From Candidatus Magasanikbacteria bacterium RIFCSPHIGHO2_01_FULL_41_23 (GTDB lineage Bacteria > Patescibacteriota > Patescibacteriia > Magasanikbacterales > UBA922), in contig MFPT01000003.1 in NCBI GenBank assembly GCA_001782805.1, positions 1-42,071 on the forward strand: DNA of 42,071 nt, given 5' to 3'. The notes under the pieces are model-generated. The model saw only the letters and a list, made by a program, of their open reading frames with translations. It had not been told where the DNA came from and searched no databases. The stretch's first letter is position 1; each line of letters opens with the position of its first letter. This document shows, piece after piece, positions 1 to 7,996 of this stretch. Position numbers and translations under genes: made by a program.

Positions 1-250
1 CGTCCAACAGTCGGCTAAGCAACATCCCGCAGTCTACCGACTACCGTCGGTATCCTACGGGACGATTGCCTAGCCGCCGCCCATTAGCTGAAATATTCCT
101 TTTCTTTTTTGGGCTATCGCCCAATTGTTTAAAAAAATCTGAAATTTCTTTTTCTTTATTTGATAGGGGGGCTGCCTGGCTATCGCCAGTCAGTAAGGTT
201 GTTTTCTCCGCTCCCTATGGTCGCTCCAAAAACGCTATTTATAAAAATCA
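1..250. repeat. Island repeat family, copy A (long form, may continue left of the window)
   Basis: Exact 31-nt match gaaatattccttttcttttttgggctatcgc at 90-120 with 6248-6278 (copy C). Further alignable blocks with copy B (tttctttatt, gttttctcc.ctcc, cc[ag]aaaac). Hairpin ttgggc-tatc-gcccaa at 109-124. Confidence 0.8.
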
Positions 251-288
251 GTAAACAGACTAAAATACAGCTAATTCAATATCGAAAT

Positions 289-1317
289 ATGCCTAAAACA
301 CTATTCAACAAAACCATTCAAGAGCTAGAATCAAACGCTATTTATTGGTGGCCGGATTTTCTGTCACAACTTGAGGAGAATGCCAGCATAATTCCCTTGC
401 TCATCAAAACGCAGGACAAATTTTTATCTCTCCTCGATCTTTCAGACAAAAATCCGTATAAGATTTTCGAACTGATCAAAAGCTCGGATTCCCCAGCTAA
501 CCTGTTTTTAAAGCATTTAGTGGTTTTAACAGACTTCGGAGGTGAACAAATTCAACGCCTAAACAAACAATTTTCATCAGTCTTTGAAAAGAAAAAAGGC
601 AAATTTTTCTTCACCTTTACCTGGAAAGAACAGTATTACGATTATTTTTTCAAAAAGCTGCCAATAACCGGAAACTTAGATAACAAAAAACTTGGTATAG
701 ACGGAAAAAATATTAATAACGAACAAGCTTTAGATGAGCTAAAGGAAGACTTAATATCAATCCTTCTATTTGGTGCAAATTCAATCAACGAAAAAACTGC
801 AAACAATCTGTCAAAATGCGAGATTGGTAATTTGCTAGGGCAAAAGGAAGCTTTAGAAAAATATGTGAAAGAAAAGTACATTTGGGTCAGCAGAATCACC
901 GGAGGGGCACAAGCTAACACACTCGGTCAGGTCGCCCAAACATATATTGTTGATTATTTGAAATCAAAACTTGATAAAAGCTTTTCGGTAAATCGTAATG
1001 GCTCAGTTAAAGTAGCAGGAAGTAAGAAAAGTATTCCTTTCGATATTGTCGTCAAAAAAGGTAATAAAACTGTTGGTGTTGAGGTGACTTTTCAGGTCAC
1101 GACTAACAGTACTATCGAACGAAAATCAGGACAGGCAAAAGCACGACGTGATTTGATGCATAAAGCTGGAAATTTCGTCGCGTATATTATTGACGGTGCG
1201 GGAAATTTTCAAAGGAAAAGTGCCATTTCAACAATATGCAACTACAGCGATTGTACAGTGGCTTATTCACAAAAAGAATTTGACACTTTGGTGAATTTTA
1301 TTAAAGAAAAACTATGA
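289..1317 (+). CDS. Putative type II restriction endonuclease (partner of the adjacent C5-MTase; family not recognised)
   Basis: Track ORF 160..1317 starts at TTG inside repeat copy A, so I trimmed it to the first ATG (289). Its stop overlaps the MTase start (ATGA at 1314-1317), typical R-M coupling. FDIVV..VGVEVTFQ could be a PD-(D/E)xK-like core, but this is weak. Confidence 0.5.
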   Translation: MPKTLFNKTIQELESNAIYWWPDFLSQLEENASIIPLLIKTQDKFLSLLDLSDKNPYKIFELIKSSDSPANLFLKHLVVLTDFGGEQIQRLNKQFSSVFEKKKGKFFFTFTWKEQYYDYFFKKLPITGNLDNKKLGIDGKNINNEQALDELKEDLISILLFGANSINEKTANNLSKCEIGNLLGQKEALEKYVKEKYIWVSRITGGAQANTLGQVAQTYIVDYLKSKLDKSFSVNRNGSVKVAGSKKSIPFDIVVKKGNKTVGVEVTFQVTTNSTIERKSGQAKARRDLMHKAGNFVAYIIDGAGNFQRKSAISTICNYSDCTVAYSQKEFDTLVNFIKEKL

Positions 1318-2681
1318 AATTAACATTTATTGACCTTTTCGCTGGCACTGGCGGAATAAGGATTGGATTCGAGAAAGCATGCCGCAAATTCGGTATTGAA
1401 ACCGAGTGCATTTTAAGTTCAGAAATTGATAAAAAAGCATGCGAAACCTATGAAATGAACTTTGGAGAAAAACCGCAGGGCGACATACGAAACATTAAAG
1501 AAATGAAACAATTTGACGTACTGCTTGGCGGCTTTCCTTGTCAACCATTTTCATATGCAGGCAAACAAAAAGGATTTGGCGATACAAGAGGCACGCTTTT
1601 TTTTGAAATTGAAAGAATTTTAAAAAACTATAAACCTAAATTTTTTCTATTAGAAAATGTTCGTGGATTAACTACTCACGACAATGGACGAACATTTGCC
1701 ACAATAATTCAAGCTTTGGAGAAATTGGGATATGGGGTCAATTATTTATTGCTCAATAGTTCAAATTTTGGCGTACCTCAAAATAGAGTAAGGGTCTATA
1801 TAGTTGGCCAGCTCAATGAAAAACCAATTTTAACCATAAATTCAGACCGTGGAGCGGCAGATAGCCACAAATTCAAAAATTTATTCTCACAAAAATCACT
1901 CTTTGGCCACAATGAATTTAAAGTTGTTGGAGATGTTTTAGACCAAGAAGTTGATAGTAAATATTTGTGCTCTAAAGATTTTATTACTAGGTTAAAAAAA
2001 GTGGCCGGCAGCGATTTTTCAAAGCTTAATGGTACTAGACTTATTGACTACAGAAACGGAGACTCTATTCATTCGTGGGAATTGGGAATTAAAGGTGAAT
2101 GTAGCAAAGATGAAATAGAGCTTATGAATCAGCTTGTTAAAAATCGCAGGAAAAAAATATTCGGAACACATCAAGACGGAAAACGCCTCACTTTAGAGCA
2201 AATTAAAACATTTGTTAAAATCCCAAAAATCGAGGCCGTCATAAAATCTTTAGAGGAAAAGGGCTATATCAAACAAGTAGATGGCAAATACAATCCTGTA
2301 GCCGGAAACATGTCGTTTGAGGTTTTTAAATTTCTTGACCCAAACAGTATCTCAATCACTCTTGTCTCAAGTGACGCGCATAAATTAGGTGTAGTGGTAA
2401 ACAATCAACCAAGAAGAATTACACCAAGAGAAGCGGCAAGAATCCAGGGTTTCCCTGAAAGTTTTAAAATACATCCTGATGATTCTGCCGCATATCATCA
2501 ATTCGGAAATGCAGTAGCCGTTCCAGTTATTCAGGCAGTGATAGAGAATTATTTAACAAACAATATATTTACAACGCCAACAAGGGAAAATTCAAAAATA
2601 CAAATTGAACAGCCAAAAAATAAAATCCCTCCGGGCTTTTCCCCGCAGCTTGCTGCGACTTCCTTAACGCATTGGGTATAA
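1314..2681 (+). CDS. DNA (cytosine-5)-methyltransferase
   Basis: C5-MTase motifs occur in canonical order: I FIDLFAGTGG, IV GFPCQPFS, VI LLENVRGL, VIII QNRVRVYIVG, IX TPREAARIQGFP, X GNAVAVPV. There is a long variable region between VIII and IX. The last ~14 codons run into the IS200-like left hairpin. Confidence 0.95.
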   Translation: MKLTFIDLFAGTGGIRIGFEKACRKFGIETECILSSEIDKKACETYEMNFGEKPQGDIRNIKEMKQFDVLLGGFPCQPFSYAGKQKGFGDTRGTLFFEIERILKNYKPKFFLLENVRGLTTHDNGRTFATIIQALEKLGYGVNYLLLNSSNFGVPQNRVRVYIVGQLNEKPILTINSDRGAADSHKFKNLFSQKSLFGHNEFKVVGDVLDQEVDSKYLCSKDFITRLKKVAGSDFSKLNGTRLIDYRNGDSIHSWELGIKGECSKDEIELMNQLVKNRRKKIFGTHQDGKRLTLEQIKTFVKIPKIEAVIKSLEEKGYIKQVDGKYNPVAGNMSFEVFKFLDPNSISITLVSSDAHKLGVVVNNQPRRITPREAARIQGFPESFKIHPDDSAAYHQFGNAVAVPVIQAVIENYLTNNIFTTPTRENSKIQIEQPKNKIPPGFSPQLAATSLTHWV

Positions 2682-3172
2682 GGTATACTGTGAACCATGA
2701 GCCAATTTATCCATAAATCACATAATGTCACCGTACTTCTCTATCATATCGTCTTTCCAGCGAAGTACAGACGAGCGGTATCGTCCGTGACCGTAGACAC
2801 CACCATAAAAGAAATATGTCTAGAAATAAGCAAGCGCTATGAAATAACTTTTTTAGAAATCGGCACAGACAAAGATCATATTCACTTTCTCATCCAATCA
2901 GTCCCCATGTACCCAGTAAAAAAGATTGTTCAAATCGTGAAGAGTATTACCGCAAAAGAAGTGTTCAAATCCTGCCCTGAAGTAAAACAACAGCTCTGGG
3001 GTGGAGAATTCTGGTCAGACGGCTACTACGCCAGTACCGTCGGACTCCACGGCAACGAACACACCATTCAAAACTATGTTAAAAACCAAGGAAAACCAAG
3101 AGAAGAATATCTGCAACTCCATACCCAGCAATTGGTATTGATTTAATACCTCGTCAGCTTGCTGCGAGGTGG
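2640..3172 (+). mobile_element. IS200/IS605-family insertion sequence (tnpA only)
   Basis: tnpA is flanked by related hairpins: cgcagc-tt-gctgcg at 2644-2657 and cctcgtcagc-tt-gctgcgagg at 3149-3169 (shared core cagcttgctgcga). This is expected for LE/RE structures of this family. Exact ends cannot be determined from one copy. Confidence 0.7.
2697..3146 (+). CDS. tnpA: IS200/IS605 family Y1 (HUH) transposase TnpA
   Basis: 149 aa, with HUH motif HIHFLIQ and C-terminal tyrosine region WSDGYYASTVG. Size and layout are typical of IS200 TnpA. Confidence 0.9.
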   Translation: MSQFIHKSHNVTVLLYHIVFPAKYRRAVSSVTVDTTIKEICLEISKRYEITFLEIGTDKDHIHFLIQSVPMYPVKKIVQIVKSITAKEVFKSCPEVKQQLWGGEFWSDGYYASTVGLHGNEHTIQNYVKNQGKPREEYLQLHTQQLVLI

Positions 3173-3192
3173 TTTATCGGTGTAATTTTTTT

Positions 3193-3432
3193 GAAAAAGT
3201 AAAAGTGTATATCGCCTAACACGGTATATGCGGTTCCGCTACGCTTCACCCATATTGCTCCCTGCGGTCGCAACATCGCATACACGGGGACGTTGGTCGA
3301 AATGTCGCTTTTCCTTTTAGGGCTAACGCCCTTGCTTTCACAAAATGGACAAAATTATTTTTTTTCTTTATTAATAGAGGGGAGTAATGGAGTTTTCTCC
3401 ACTCCGCTCCGAAAACAATTTTTAAAAAAAAT
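3193..3432. repeat. Island repeat family, copy B (long form)
   Basis: Aligns with copy C over about 95 nt (acgctt..cccatatt..gtcgcaacatc..ttggt[ct]gaaat..gggcta[at]cgc), with copy A over the downstream blocks, and with copy D over the 5' block (aaaaagt..tatatcgcctaaca..gatatgcg). Hairpin agggc-taac-gccct at 3319-3332. Confidence 0.8.
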
Positions 3433-3614
3433 ATGCCGGAAGGACCAAGAAATTATGAACCAACACCTTAGAGGGAACCGCAACCAAAAGTCAATCTGAC
3501 GGAAATCGCCTTACCTTTTTTTGGCGATTATGAAAAAAATCGATATATAGGTTTCTTATTCCAAGACAATCAGAAGCGGTTGATGTACAAATTATTTATG
3601 CGGATATAGGTCAG

Positions 3615-3995
3615 ATGTGGAGAGATGAATTGATTAAAAATAAAGTTTACTTGAGTACTTACCAAAACGATCCAAATCTACTTAAAGACGCTGAGATGCT
3701 AAACTTAGCAATTGAAGAAAGAAGAAAAATAATTTCAAAAGAGGGTAAATATGTAGGCATAAGAGGTATCCTAAATATTGCACACCTACTTTTATTTAGT
3801 GCCTTAACAAAAAAATCAATAAGTTCAGATCCAGATACCATCCTACTTATAGAGGTTACAAGCACTGGTGGAAATGACTGGGCAAAATTAGAGGACAAAT
3901 TAAACGATTACACACTGGGGTACCCTGAATTGCGTGGTAAATGGAAAAAGCTATATGCAGTATTTCCAGAAAAGAATATTCAACTTTTTAAGTAA
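3615..3995 (+). CDS. Hypothetical protein (126 aa), first ORF of the cassette after repeat B
   Basis: Uninterrupted ORF in the island orientation with no recognisable motif. There is no in-frame ATG upstream (stop at 3531). Confidence 0.4.
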   Translation: MWRDELIKNKVYLSTYQNDPNLLKDAEMLNLAIEERRKIISKEGKYVGIRGILNIAHLLLFSALTKKSISSDPDTILLIEVTSTGGNDWAKLEDKLNDYTLGYPELRGKWKKLYAVFPEKNIQLFK

Positions 3996-4027
3996 TGACT
4001 AATTTTAGCAAAATTCCATGTCTTCTC

Positions 4028-4056
4028 TTGACATCTAGTTTCAGTTATGATACAAT
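4028..4056 (+). promoter_or_regulatory. Sigma70-like promoter for the AbiE-like pair
   Basis: TTGACA (4028-4033), 17-nt spacer, TACAAT (4051-4056). The ATG at 4069 is only 12 nt after the -10, so the leader is very short. Confidence 0.55.
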
Positions 4057-4068
4057 ATCGTCATATAT

Positions 4069-4689
4069 ATGAAATATAGAGAAATACTGTTAGAACAACT
4101 CAAAAAACAGCCATACTTCACTAAAAAGGCCATACACCAGCTTAGTGAACAGTACGGCCTTAAAAGTACCACGGTTGACACTTATATCAGCCGATCTTTG
4201 AAACGCAAAGATATTATCCCCTTAAAAAGAGGTTTGTACGTGTCTACGGATTTTTATAATAAAAACAAAAATGATACATCCTACACTTTCTACCTTGCCA
4301 ACATTATTCGTACACCTTCTTTTATAAGCTCATGGACAGCACTCCAGTATTACGACCTAGTCACCGAAGCTATCCACACTATTACATCAATTACACCTAA
4401 AGTCACCCGATCTTATGAAACGAAAGCGGGTAACTTTGCATACCAGTCTATACAGAAAGAAATGTTTTCAAATTTTTCTTCCGTAAAAGGTAAATTTGAT
4501 TTCTTTATTGCCTCGCCCTCAAAAGCGCTTTTTGACTTGCTCTATTTTAAAACACGACAGTTTCGCGGTGTACATTTTGAGGATATTAAATCGCTCATTG
4601 AAGAATTACGCATTGATATTGATGAAATGAGTGAAGAGGAACAAAAAAAATTATTTTCTATGATTAAAAATTATTTACACTATGAATAA
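4069..4689 (+). CDS. AbiEi-like antitoxin / wHTH regulator (type IV TA)
   Basis: 206 aa. The N-terminal HTH-like region ends in the AbiEi-typical LKRGLYV. It overlaps the downstream AbiEii-like gene by 8 nt. Confidence 0.6.
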   Translation: MKYREILLEQLKKQPYFTKKAIHQLSEQYGLKSTTVDTYISRSLKRKDIIPLKRGLYVSTDFYNKNKNDTSYTFYLANIIRTPSFISSWTALQYYDLVTEAIHTITSITPKVTRSYETKAGNFAYQSIQKEMFSNFSSVKGKFDFFIASPSKALFDLLYFKTRQFRGVHFEDIKSLIEELRIDIDEMSEEEQKKLFSMIKNYLHYE

Positions 4690-5968
4690 TCAGATTCTCA
4701 CAGCTCTCAAAGAAAAATTTAAAGATCTTACTACTCATGGAGAACTGGAAGCTGAAACTCAGCGCAATATTCTCAAAGAAGAATTGCAGTTTTATATTTT
4801 AAATTTTATTTACCACCATCCGGAATACAGTAACTGGATTATGTATGGTGGTTCTGCACTCCGTATCTGTCATGGCCTTGATCGTATGTCTGTTGATTTG
4901 GATTTTGAAGTTGAACATTCTGTGTCAGAATCTTTTTTGAATGAATTGAAAAAAGAAATAGAAATGTACTTCAAAAATACTTACAACACTGAATCAGAAC
5001 TTCTAACTATTAAATCAACAACCAGTAGAGGGCTACGTTTATGCTTCCATATTGGTGATGAATTAGGTGTTAAACATCCTTCAAAGCAGGTAATTGTCAA
5101 AATTGATCTCAACCACTTTGTGGCTCCAAAAACAGTAATTGAACGCCGACCAATTAACCGTGATCAATTTTCATTTGTTATTAAGACATATAACATGTCC
5201 GCACTTATGGCGAGTAAAATTGCAGCAATTTTACTTCGTGGGCAACGCGGTGGTGTGGGCGGAGTGATGTATGAAGAAAAAGGACGTGACATTTATGATC
5301 TTCTTTGGTATATGACAAAAAAAGCTATACCAGACCTTGATTATTTAATTGCTAAAGACATCAACGTGAAAGATTTGCGTGTGCTTTTTGATAAACTTAC
5401 TTTACAAATGAATAAAGTAAATGATATAAATTTAAAACAGGATCTCTCACCTCTTTTTACAAACCAGACATTTATTGAAAACTGGCTTAAAAATTGGAGA
5501 ACAACTTACCTACGACTTTTTGAAGATTACAATATTCGCACGGTCGCCACATTGGAAAAAATTACCATTTCCCAAGACTTCCATACAGATAATTTTTCTT
5601 TTCTTTTTTGGTATTATACGGATAATGGAAAATTGTTAGGAGTCACCTACTCTATTAGTGATTATTGGATTGAATTTCGAGAAGGTGAACTATTAATAAC
5701 CCCTGATAAAAAAATTACAGATCTTGTCGAATTTAATAGTAACGGAATTAGTAGTAGGCCAGCACCACAAGATAAATTATTACAGTACGCTACTATCTTT
5801 TATCAAAAAACTGAAAACTATCTCAAAAAAATGAATCACACAGTATTTGGCGATACTATAAATACTAAAATTATCAGAATGACCGCAGATAATTTAAACC
5901 AAAAAGAACAAATCTTGCTCAACAAATCAACATTACTTTCTTGTGAATTAGATGACCTGTTAAAATAA
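4682..5968 (+). CDS. AbiEii/DUF1814-like nucleotidyltransferase toxin with long C-terminal extension
   Basis: YGGSALRICHGLDRMSVDLDFEV matches the GG(S/T)AL..R.S.DLDF signature of AbiEii NTases. At 428 aa it is clearly longer than the family core as I recall it. Confidence 0.7.
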   Translation: MNNQILTALKEKFKDLTTHGELEAETQRNILKEELQFYILNFIYHHPEYSNWIMYGGSALRICHGLDRMSVDLDFEVEHSVSESFLNELKKEIEMYFKNTYNTESELLTIKSTTSRGLRLCFHIGDELGVKHPSKQVIVKIDLNHFVAPKTVIERRPINRDQFSFVIKTYNMSALMASKIAAILLRGQRGGVGGVMYEEKGRDIYDLLWYMTKKAIPDLDYLIAKDINVKDLRVLFDKLTLQMNKVNDINLKQDLSPLFTNQTFIENWLKNWRTTYLRLFEDYNIRTVATLEKITISQDFHTDNFSFLFWYYTDNGKLLGVTYSISDYWIEFREGELLITPDKKITDLVEFNSNGISSRPAPQDKLLQYATIFYQKTENYLKKMNHTVFGDTINTKIIRMTADNLNQKEQILLNKSTLLSCELDDLLK

Positions 5969-5972
5969 TTGT

Positions 5973-6185
5973 TTGGCCAAGAGGCATTCACCCCTTAATC
6001 CCCTCTGCGCTTTTTGTTCAAAACGACAAAAAACAAAATCATTCTTGGATAAAAATGGCAAAATTTTTGCATGTGGCACCTGTCTAAAAAGCCGCGAATC
6101 TGAAGGCTCAGAAACTTGTCCTATGTCCACGATGAAAGATTTATATGAATTGGTAAAAGACAGCGATAAAGTTCTCTCATTTTAA
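5973..6185 (+). CDS. Possible small zinc-ribbon protein (70 aa, TTG start)
   Basis: CAFC..(17 aa)..CGTC cysteine pairs. It starts 4 nt after the AbiEii-like stop. There is no ATG start and its 3' end abuts repeat copy C, so support is weak. Confidence 0.25.
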   Translation: MAKRHSPLNPLCAFCSKRQKTKSFLDKNGKIFACGTCLKSRESEGSETCPMSTMKDLYELVKDSDKVLSF

Positions 6186-6285
6186 CGCTTAGTTTCGCCC
6201 ATATTACTCCTTTCAGTCGCAACATCAGATATACGCGGACATTGGTTGAAATATTCCTTTTCTTTTTTGGGCTATCGCTTAACAC
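6185..6285. repeat. Island repeat family, copy C (short form)
   Basis: Contains the exact 31-mer shared with copy A (6248-6278) and aligns with copy B over about 95 nt. The hairpin equivalent is degenerate here (ttgggc-tatc-gcttaa). Confidence 0.8.
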
Positions 6286-6320
6286 TTTTCCATAATGAAT
6301 AAATTTTAATTTTTCAATTT

Positions 6321-6755
6321 ATGAAGACGATTTACGTTTTTATGTCTGAAATGGACAATTCAACGACGATCTGCAATCCACTTTCTGAACTTAAAAGGTT
6401 ATTGGCCGTCCTGCCAAAATCATGTCCCATTTATGTCATGGGAGGGTTTGCCTTAGACGGCCATTTGGGAAAATTAACGCGCAAACATAATGACGTTGAT
6501 TTGATTTGCTGGCGCAAAGACGTAAATATTATCAAAAAAGTTTTAGAGCGGATTGGCTACAAAGTTAGGGAAAAATACGACAAGAATAATCCCAAACTAC
6601 CAATATTATTAGAAACAGACGAGGAGAATCCTGCTATGGATGTAAAAATTATCGATGAACAGCCGAATAACAGCTTTACATTTCATTTCAACACTCCTGG
6701 TCAGCAAATTTTTTCCAAAAAAATGCTCGGCTCAAGTCAAGTTTCACTCGATTGA
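6321..6755 (+). CDS. ANT(2'')-like (pol-beta superfamily) nucleotidyltransferase, short form
   Basis: MGGFALDGHLGKLTRKHNDVDLICW closely parallels the GGGWAIDARLGRVTRKHDDIDL active-site segment of ANT(2'')-Ia as I recall it. At 144 aa it may be 3'-truncated. Confidence 0.6.
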   Translation: MKTIYVFMSEMDNSTTICNPLSELKRLLAVLPKSCPIYVMGGFALDGHLGKLTRKHNDVDLICWRKDVNIIKKVLERIGYKVREKYDKNNPKLPILLETDEENPAMDVKIIDEQPNNSFTFHFNTPGQQIFSKKMLGSSQVSLD

Positions 6756-6778
6756 TAAATTATTGCGACTAAAAAAGA

Positions 6779-7798
6779 TTGAACGCATTGGATTGGGAAG
6801 AACGACAAGATACAAAAAAAATTGACCGAAAACGATTTGGTTGGAAGCAGTTCATCCCTAATAAGGTATCGCTATTTCTTGAAATTTTTTGTAATGTATT
6901 TGGGGTTACTTTTTCCAACAATTTACTAATTAACCAACTAATTCATATGAGCACAAACACTATGGAAAATATCATCAAAGAGGGTTTAACACCAATCGGT
7001 GTACAAGAAAACGGAGAAACTTTTGGCCTTTCTCCAGAAGAGCGTCCTGGAATTTTGCATTTATTTGGACGTTTCGGCCATGGTAAAAGCGTCACTCTTG
7101 AAGACATTGTAATTTCAGACATCCACAATGGCCGAGGTGGCATGCTGATTGATCCTTACGGGGATCTTATCAAAGATATTCAATCTTACATTCCAGCGGA
7201 CAAAGCTAACAAAGTTGCAATCTTTGAAGCACAGGCCGAAAAGCTTGATGAAAACATCACAAAATTCCGAAAAGAAATCCACTTTGAGGAAATGAAAAAG
7301 GATAGCCAAAAGTTTCTCCTTTGCAAGTTGGACTACCGCAGTTTGGGTACAGGCGTAGCAAGAGAACTCGGTCTATATTTAGTGAAGCAGTTTTTGCAAA
7401 TCGTTGGTGGCGAGAATCGTTCGCTCGGACTCGACGAAGCACATAACTTCATAGACGAAGAAGTGTTGGAACAAATCGTACAAAGTAAAGAAAGTGGCTT
7501 GTCCTGTATTTTGTCAGACCAAACATCTATGCATTACCGCACAGATATTCTTGAACGCACACTTGAAGCCGCGAATCACGTACTTTGCTATTTCGTTGAT
7601 AGCGCAACAGCCAATCTGATCAATAAGTATCACTCAGAAATGAGTCCGAGCGAACTCACATCACTTGAAAAGTACAACTTTATGGCAAAAGTGAATGCAA
7701 AAACTGCTTCACCAGCCGTCTTGAAGTTAAAAGGAGTTTTCCCGATTCCCTACCCCAATAAAGGAATCGTCAAAAAAATCATATTCCTTCACACCTAA
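6779..7798 (+). CDS. P-loop ATPase, TraD/VirD4/HerA-like
   Basis: Walker A GRFGHGKS, then IDPYGDL, Walker B LGLDEAHNF, then ILSDQTS. The track start is TTG 6779 (hydrophobic N-terminal segment); the first ATG is 6948. Confidence 0.55.
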   Translation: MNALDWEERQDTKKIDRKRFGWKQFIPNKVSLFLEIFCNVFGVTFSNNLLINQLIHMSTNTMENIIKEGLTPIGVQENGETFGLSPEERPGILHLFGRFGHGKSVTLEDIVISDIHNGRGGMLIDPYGDLIKDIQSYIPADKANKVAIFEAQAEKLDENITKFRKEIHFEEMKKDSQKFLLCKLDYRSLGTGVARELGLYLVKQFLQIVGGENRSLGLDEAHNFIDEEVLEQIVQSKESGLSCILSDQTSMHYRTDILERTLEAANHVLCYFVDSATANLINKYHSEMSPSELTSLEKYNFMAKVNAKTASPAVLKLKGVFPIPYPNKGIVKKIIFLHT

Positions 7799-7895
7799 TT
7801 TAGTAAACAGATTCTCAAACCCCATATTTTAGCCAAAATAATGCCACCTGACATTACTATATCAGTACAATGATACAGATATTGAATTATATTAT

Positions 7896-7967
7896 AACCG
7901 TGAAATTAGTCACTTTTTTACAGTTTTTCACGGTTATCTTGACAAAACAGTGAAAATAATGTATAAT
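7896..7967 (+). promoter_or_regulatory. Consensus promoter with upstream inverted repeat (candidate operator) for the Fic gene
   Basis: TTGACA (7939-7944), 17 nt, TATAAT (7962-7967). A perfect 10-nt inverted repeat aaccgtgaaa (7896-7905) / tttcacggtt (7926-7935) abuts the -35. Confidence 0.6.
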
Positions 7968-7996
7968 GGAGTTAATATTCACTACTAATAACAAAT

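Noticed and set aside
1314-1317. Alternative genetic code (UGA reassignment, as in some CPR lineages)
   Set aside because: TGA functions as a stop at well-supported gene ends (for example the R gene at 1315-1317 and ldh at 22059-22061). Conserved proteins translate full length under the standard code.
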